Source of the DNA: an uncultured virus (IMG/VR IMGVR_UViG_2931768940_000002)
Lineage: Duplodnaviria; Heunggongvirae; Uroviricota; Caudoviricetes
Length of the DNA: 20,000 nucleotides
Strand: one strand, 5' to 3'
Virus record (IMG/VR): IMGVR_UViG_2931768940_000002
Position numbers and translations under genes: made by a program. The notes under the pieces were generated by a model. It did no database searches. It was given only the letters and a program-made list of their open reading frames with translations, and was not told where the DNA came from. The first letter of the stretch is position 1, and each line of letters opens with the position of its first letter. This document shows, one piece after another, positions 16,747 to 20,000 of this stretch.

Positions 16747-16787
16747 GAGGTCGTCCCTGGCTTGGTCGTTAAGGGGCGGCCTCTTTT
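16747..16787 (+). terminator. Hairpin with T-tract, oriented for + strand transcripts
   Basis: GAGGTCGTCCCT ... AGGGGCGGCCTC-TTTT. Two G:U pairs form only on the + strand. Confidence 0.5.
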
Positions 16788-16794
16788 GCTGCGG

Positions 16795-17091
16795 TCAGGC
16801 AGCGGTGGCGTGCGGGCGGGGCCGGCTGGCGCGGATCCGGCGGGGCTCCGGCGGCCGGCTGCTGCTGACCTCGTCGGCGTCCGGGGCCGGGTTCCGCTGG
16901 GCGTCGAGCCAGGCGTTGATCTCGTCGAGCGGGTAGGCGAGCTTCCGGCCGATCGGGAAGGGCTTGGGCCCCTTGTCGAGGTGCCGGTAGTTCCAGAGCG
17001 TCTTCACGCTGAGACCGGTGAGGCGTGAGGCCTCGGCGCTCCAGACGCATCCGGGCGGGGCGGGTGTGGGGGTGTGGCTGGACCTGGGCAC
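16795..17091 (-). CDS. Excisionase / AlpA-like winged-HTH protein (98 aa)
   Basis: AEASRLTGLSVKTLWNYRHLDKGPKPFPIGRKLAYPLDEINAWL. AAGGGAG RBS. Second gene of the lytic operon. Confidence 0.85.
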   Translation of the reverse strand: MPRSSHTPTPAPPGCVWSAEASRLTGLSVKTLWNYRHLDKGPKPFPIGRKLAYPLDEINAWLDAQRNPAPDADEVSSSRPPEPRRIRASRPRPHATAA

Positions 17092-17117
17092 TGACTACTC
17101 CCTTCAGTTCACTTCAT

Positions 17118-17378
17118 TCAGATGACGACTCGTCCCTCGATCGGGGACGGCGGGGGCATGAAGAGAACCAGGACGGCGACCCCAAGGGCCTCCGACATCT
17201 GGTGCGCTTCATGGACGGGCAGGTCAGGTAGCTCGCCGCTGACGAGGCGACCTACCTGGGAGCGCGAGATTCCGCTGGCTTCAGCGAGGGTTCGCACGGA
17301 GTACGGGACCCCGCGACCTGGGTGTTCCATGACCCATTTGAAGACTGCAAGGTCTCTGAGTTCATAGCGCACGATCAA
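17118..17378 (-). CDS. Cro-like XRE HTH regulator (86 aa)
   Basis: SVRTLAEASGISRSQVGRLVSG...MSEALGV. GGAG precedes TTG. Divergent from the repressor. Confidence 0.88.
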   Translation of the reverse strand: MIVRYELRDLAVFKWVMEHPGRGVPYSVRTLAEASGISRSQVGRLVSGELPDLPVHEAHQMSEALGVAVLVLFMPPPSPIEGRVVI

Positions 17379-17623
17379 TGGATCTCCAGTGCTGCGGTGA
17401 TGCCCTTCACTGCCCTTGAGTTAACCCTCTCCGGGACGATCCGTCAACACTTCAGGGACGACCGGATCCCGAGTGTCGCCCGGATCGGTGGCTGGATAGC
17501 ATTGATCTATAGACGATCCGTCCCGGATCCAGGATGGTTGTGCAGACTGACCTGCAATTTTTCCCGCATTCAACGACTTCAAGAGAGACAGTCGGTACTG
17601 ACGTGACACGAAAGGAAGAGGAC
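17379..17623. promoter_or_regulatory. Lysis/lysogeny switch region
   Basis: Lower-GC divergent spacer. GACGATCCGTC occurs at 17435-17445 and 17512-17522. Minus strand TTGACG-N17-TTAACT (17447-17419) overlaps the first copy. Confidence 0.75.
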
Positions 17624-18055
17624 ATGACGGCCCCAGCGACCGCCGAGGATCACCGCCCCACCGGCCCTCCGCCCATGGGCGCGCTGTCGCGACTCATCCA
17701 AGAAGCACAAGAGAGCGGACTCTCCTACCAGGACATGGCCAACCGCGCCGTGGACCCCGACACCGGCACCCGCCTCGTCAAACAAGCCCTGCAGAAGCTG
17801 GTCAAGAACCCTCCCGTCAACCCTCCGCTCCTCCCCCAACTGAAGGCCATCGCCAACGGAACAGGTCTGCCCCTGCGGCGAGTCAAGGAAGCCGCGGCCG
17901 ATCAGTGGCTCGAGTACGAGGCGACCGAACTGGCCGGCTACGGCGACGAGGTTCGCATCATTCTCGGCCATCTCGGAGGCATGTCCCCGCAGGAGCAACG
18001 GCGCTGGCGGGCCATGATCGAAGCCGACGAACGGGCCAAGCGCGACAGCGACTAG
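17624..18055 (+). CDS. Putative immunity repressor, XRE-like (143 aa)
   Basis: AAAGGAAGAGG RBS before ATG 17624. LSYQDMANRA...KQALQKL...QLKAIANGTGLPLRRVKEAAADQW. Positioned divergent from the cro-like gene and upstream of the integrase. Confidence 0.8.
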   Translation: MTAPATAEDHRPTGPPPMGALSRLIQEAQESGLSYQDMANRAVDPDTGTRLVKQALQKLVKNPPVNPPLLPQLKAIANGTGLPLRRVKEAAADQWLEYEATELAGYGDEVRIILGHLGGMSPQEQRRWRAMIEADERAKRDSD

Positions 18056-18212
18056 CACAGGTCGCCGCGGGCGACCCCCGCCTGACCGAATGACGTTGCA
18101 AGTAGACAATTCCTGAACTGATTGTCGATCACCCGTAACTAGTCGTACCCTTCCACAACGTGCGCATATGACCGACCCGTCACATGCGCACCCACCGACG
18201 GGAGGGCGCCTT
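18056..18212 (+). promoter_or_regulatory. Intergenic region with inverted repeats and a probable promoter
   Basis: Hairpin 18060-18076, GACAAT-N10-ATTGTC 18105-18126, TTGTCG-N18-TACCCT, and a 13-bp one-mismatch inverted repeat at 18160-18191. Confidence 0.5.
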
Positions 18213-18656
18213 ATGCTGCGCGCTGTATACGAAGCTGCCGACCTCGACGCAGGGGTCATCTCCGACTGGCGTGAGGACCGCGGTCTCCTGCAGATCCGCG
18301 TGGACCGTCACGCCAAGCCCGAGGAGTTCACCAAGGCCCTCAACGGGACACTGGCCGACATCCTGGAGCGCGCCCACTGGTACCAGGTGTGGAAGGGGGA
18401 GGTCATATCCATCACCTCCCCCTCAAGCCCCCTCCGCGTCCAGTTCAAGATTTCCGACTTCAGCCCCGCCCCGCTCGTGGACATGCGGGAACGCAAGGGG
18501 CTGGTCACCGTGAACGTTTCACCCGAAGCACTGGTCGACGAGTTCGTCCAAGCGCTCAACGCCGCCGTCGGGGAACTCCTCGCCGGCGGACAATGGTTCC
18601 AGCACTGGGAGGGGGAGATCGTCACCATGGACTCCCCCGAGGCGGCGCTCGTATAG
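18213..18656 (+). CDS. Hypothetical protein made of two tandem homologous domains of about 72 aa (147 aa)
   Basis: GGAGG RBS before ATG 18213 (alternative start 18168). Internal duplication is visible in the translation. Confidence 0.85.
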   Translation: MLRAVYEAADLDAGVISDWREDRGLLQIRVDRHAKPEEFTKALNGTLADILERAHWYQVWKGEVISITSPSSPLRVQFKISDFSPAPLVDMRERKGLVTVNVSPEALVDEFVQALNAAVGELLAGGQWFQHWEGEIVTMDSPEAALV

Positions 18657-18677
18657 GCGCCCACAGGAGGGCACACC

Positions 18678-20000
18678 ATGCCGGGATACATCGAGGACCG
18701 CTGGTACACGAAGCGGCCCGACCCTGCGACAGGCAAACGGCGCGAGACCGCCCGCCACGGGCAAGGCAAGCGGTGGAGGGTCGCAGGGATTCCCGGCGTC
18801 CGCGACAGGTCGTTCGAGAAGCTCGAAGGCCAGCACGGGGCGAAAGCGTGGCTGAAGAAGTCCGCGACTGACGCCACTTCGGGCGAGTTCTACGACCCGC
18901 GCGACGGGTCGATGAGCCTGCGGGACTATGTAGAAGAGCACTGGTGGCCAACCGTGCGCTATCCGCCCACCACCAGGCCGGTAGTGCAGTCGCGGGTCTT
19001 CAGGCACATCCTTCCGCATGTGGGCAACCTGGCCCTGAACCGGATCGGCTTCGACGAGATCAAGGCGTGGCAGGTGCGCGCCGAGAAGGACATCGACGTC
19101 GGGACGCTCGCCGTCACGTGGGCGCACTTCTCGACGATCCTCCAGGCAGCGCACAAGGCCAAGCGCATCCCTGCCAACCCCTTCCGGGATCCAGACCTTC
19201 GGGCTCCACGTATCCCGACGAGCAAGGCGTTCGCCTGGCCGCAAGAGAACGTAGCGGCCGTGCGCCAACAACTCCCGGACCGCTACCGCATCCTGGTGAG
19301 CCTCGCGGCAGGTGCCGGGCTGCGGCAGGGCGAGGCATTCGGCTTCTCGCCGGACGATGTCGAAGGCGAAGACATCCGTGTGGTCCGGCAGATCCTGAAG
19401 GTGAACGGCCACTTCGCGTTCGGGCCGCCGAAGCGGAACAAGGAACGGGACGCACCCTGCGCCCCCGAGCTGGCGGCGGCCGTCAAGGAGTACGCCAACC
19501 GCTTTCCGACCGTCGAGGTCACGCTGCCCTGGATCGACCCTGACCGCCCGAACATGGCGTGGGCGGACCGCCCCCTGCGCTCCGTGCGGCTGCTGGTGAC
19601 CACGCAGTTCGGGAACAGCATCAACAAGGACACGTTCAACGACAAGCACTGGAAGCCGGCACTCGCCGCCGCCGGCCTCATCCCGGCGGCGGAAGTGACG
19701 CTGGTGGAGCCGAAGACCGGCAAGCACCCGTGGCGCAAGGAGAAGTGGGAGATGCCGCGGGAGTACGGGTTCCATGCCCTGCGGCATACGTTCGCCAGCG
19801 TTGTTCTGTCCGAGGGAGAGACCATCACCCAGCTGGCCGCGTGGCTGGGGCACTCGGATCCGGCGTTCACGCTCCGGACCTACGTGCACTTCATGCCGAA
19901 GTCGGGGAACCGCGGCCGGGCCGCGCTCGGGAGGTTCCTTGTGGGTGATCCCGGTGCCGAGGTCGAGGGCGACGAGGGGACCCTTCCCTTCGATGTGTAG
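18678..20000 (+). CDS. int: Tyrosine integrase (440 aa)
   Basis: AGGAGG RBS. Catalytic R (GLRQGE), K (PPKRNK), HxxR (FHALRH), LGH and Y (TLRTYVH). TAG at 19998-20000. Confidence 0.96.
   Translation: MPGYIEDRWYTKRPDPATGKRRETARHGQGKRWRVAGIPGVRDRSFEKLEGQHGAKAWLKKSATDATSGEFYDPRDGSMSLRDYVEEHWWPTVRYPPTTRPVVQSRVFRHILPHVGNLALNRIGFDEIKAWQVRAEKDIDVGTLAVTWAHFSTILQAAHKAKRIPANPFRDPDLRAPRIPTSKAFAWPQENVAAVRQQLPDRYRILVSLAAGAGLRQGEAFGFSPDDVEGEDIRVVRQILKVNGHFAFGPPKRNKERDAPCAPELAAAVKEYANRFPTVEVTLPWIDPDRPNMAWADRPLRSVRLLVTTQFGNSINKDTFNDKHWKPALAAAGLIPAAEVTLVEPKTGKHPWRKEKWEMPREYGFHALRHTFASVVLSEGETITQLAAWLGHSDPAFTLRTYVHFMPKSGNRGRAALGRFLVGDPGAEVEGDEGTLPFDV

Noticed and set aside
18656..20000. attP/attL site or tRNA target
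   Set aside because: The window ends at the integrase stop codon. No tRNA-like sequence or att core can be identified inside it.

Overview
High-GC DNA (roughly 70%, judged by eye) covering the early and lysogeny region of a temperate actinobacterial phage or prophage. The host is probably Streptomyces-like, which is an inference from GC content, codon pattern and a WhiB gene. At the right end the + strand carries a putative repressor, a protein built from two repeated domains, and a tyrosine integrase that ends at base 20000. A divergent switch region (17379-17623) separates these from a long, tightly coupled leftward operon. That operon encodes Cro-like and Xis-like proteins, many small hypothetical proteins, an HNH endonuclease, a RecE/RecT-like pair, a DEDD exonuclease, a SLOG (DUF2493) protein and WhiB. 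A lone antisense HTH gene with its own divergent promoter then interrupts it. Beyond that come DUF5131 (Gp37/Gp68, three-Cys), a C5 cytosine methyltransferase, a replication initiator with an internal iteron origin, a DnaC-like loader and DnaB. The most notable observations are (1) an HTH / DUF5131 / methyltransferase cassette placed in front of the replication genes, (2) 14 of 33 leftward proteins ending in Ala-Ala while both + strand HTH regulators end in Asp-Ser-Asp, (3) a duplicated-domain protein between repressor and integrase, (4) domains shuffled among early genes, and (5) a repeated intergenic hairpin architecture. Many starts were moved inward from the ORF track using RBS and stop/start overlaps. 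Family names come from motif recognition, not database searches.
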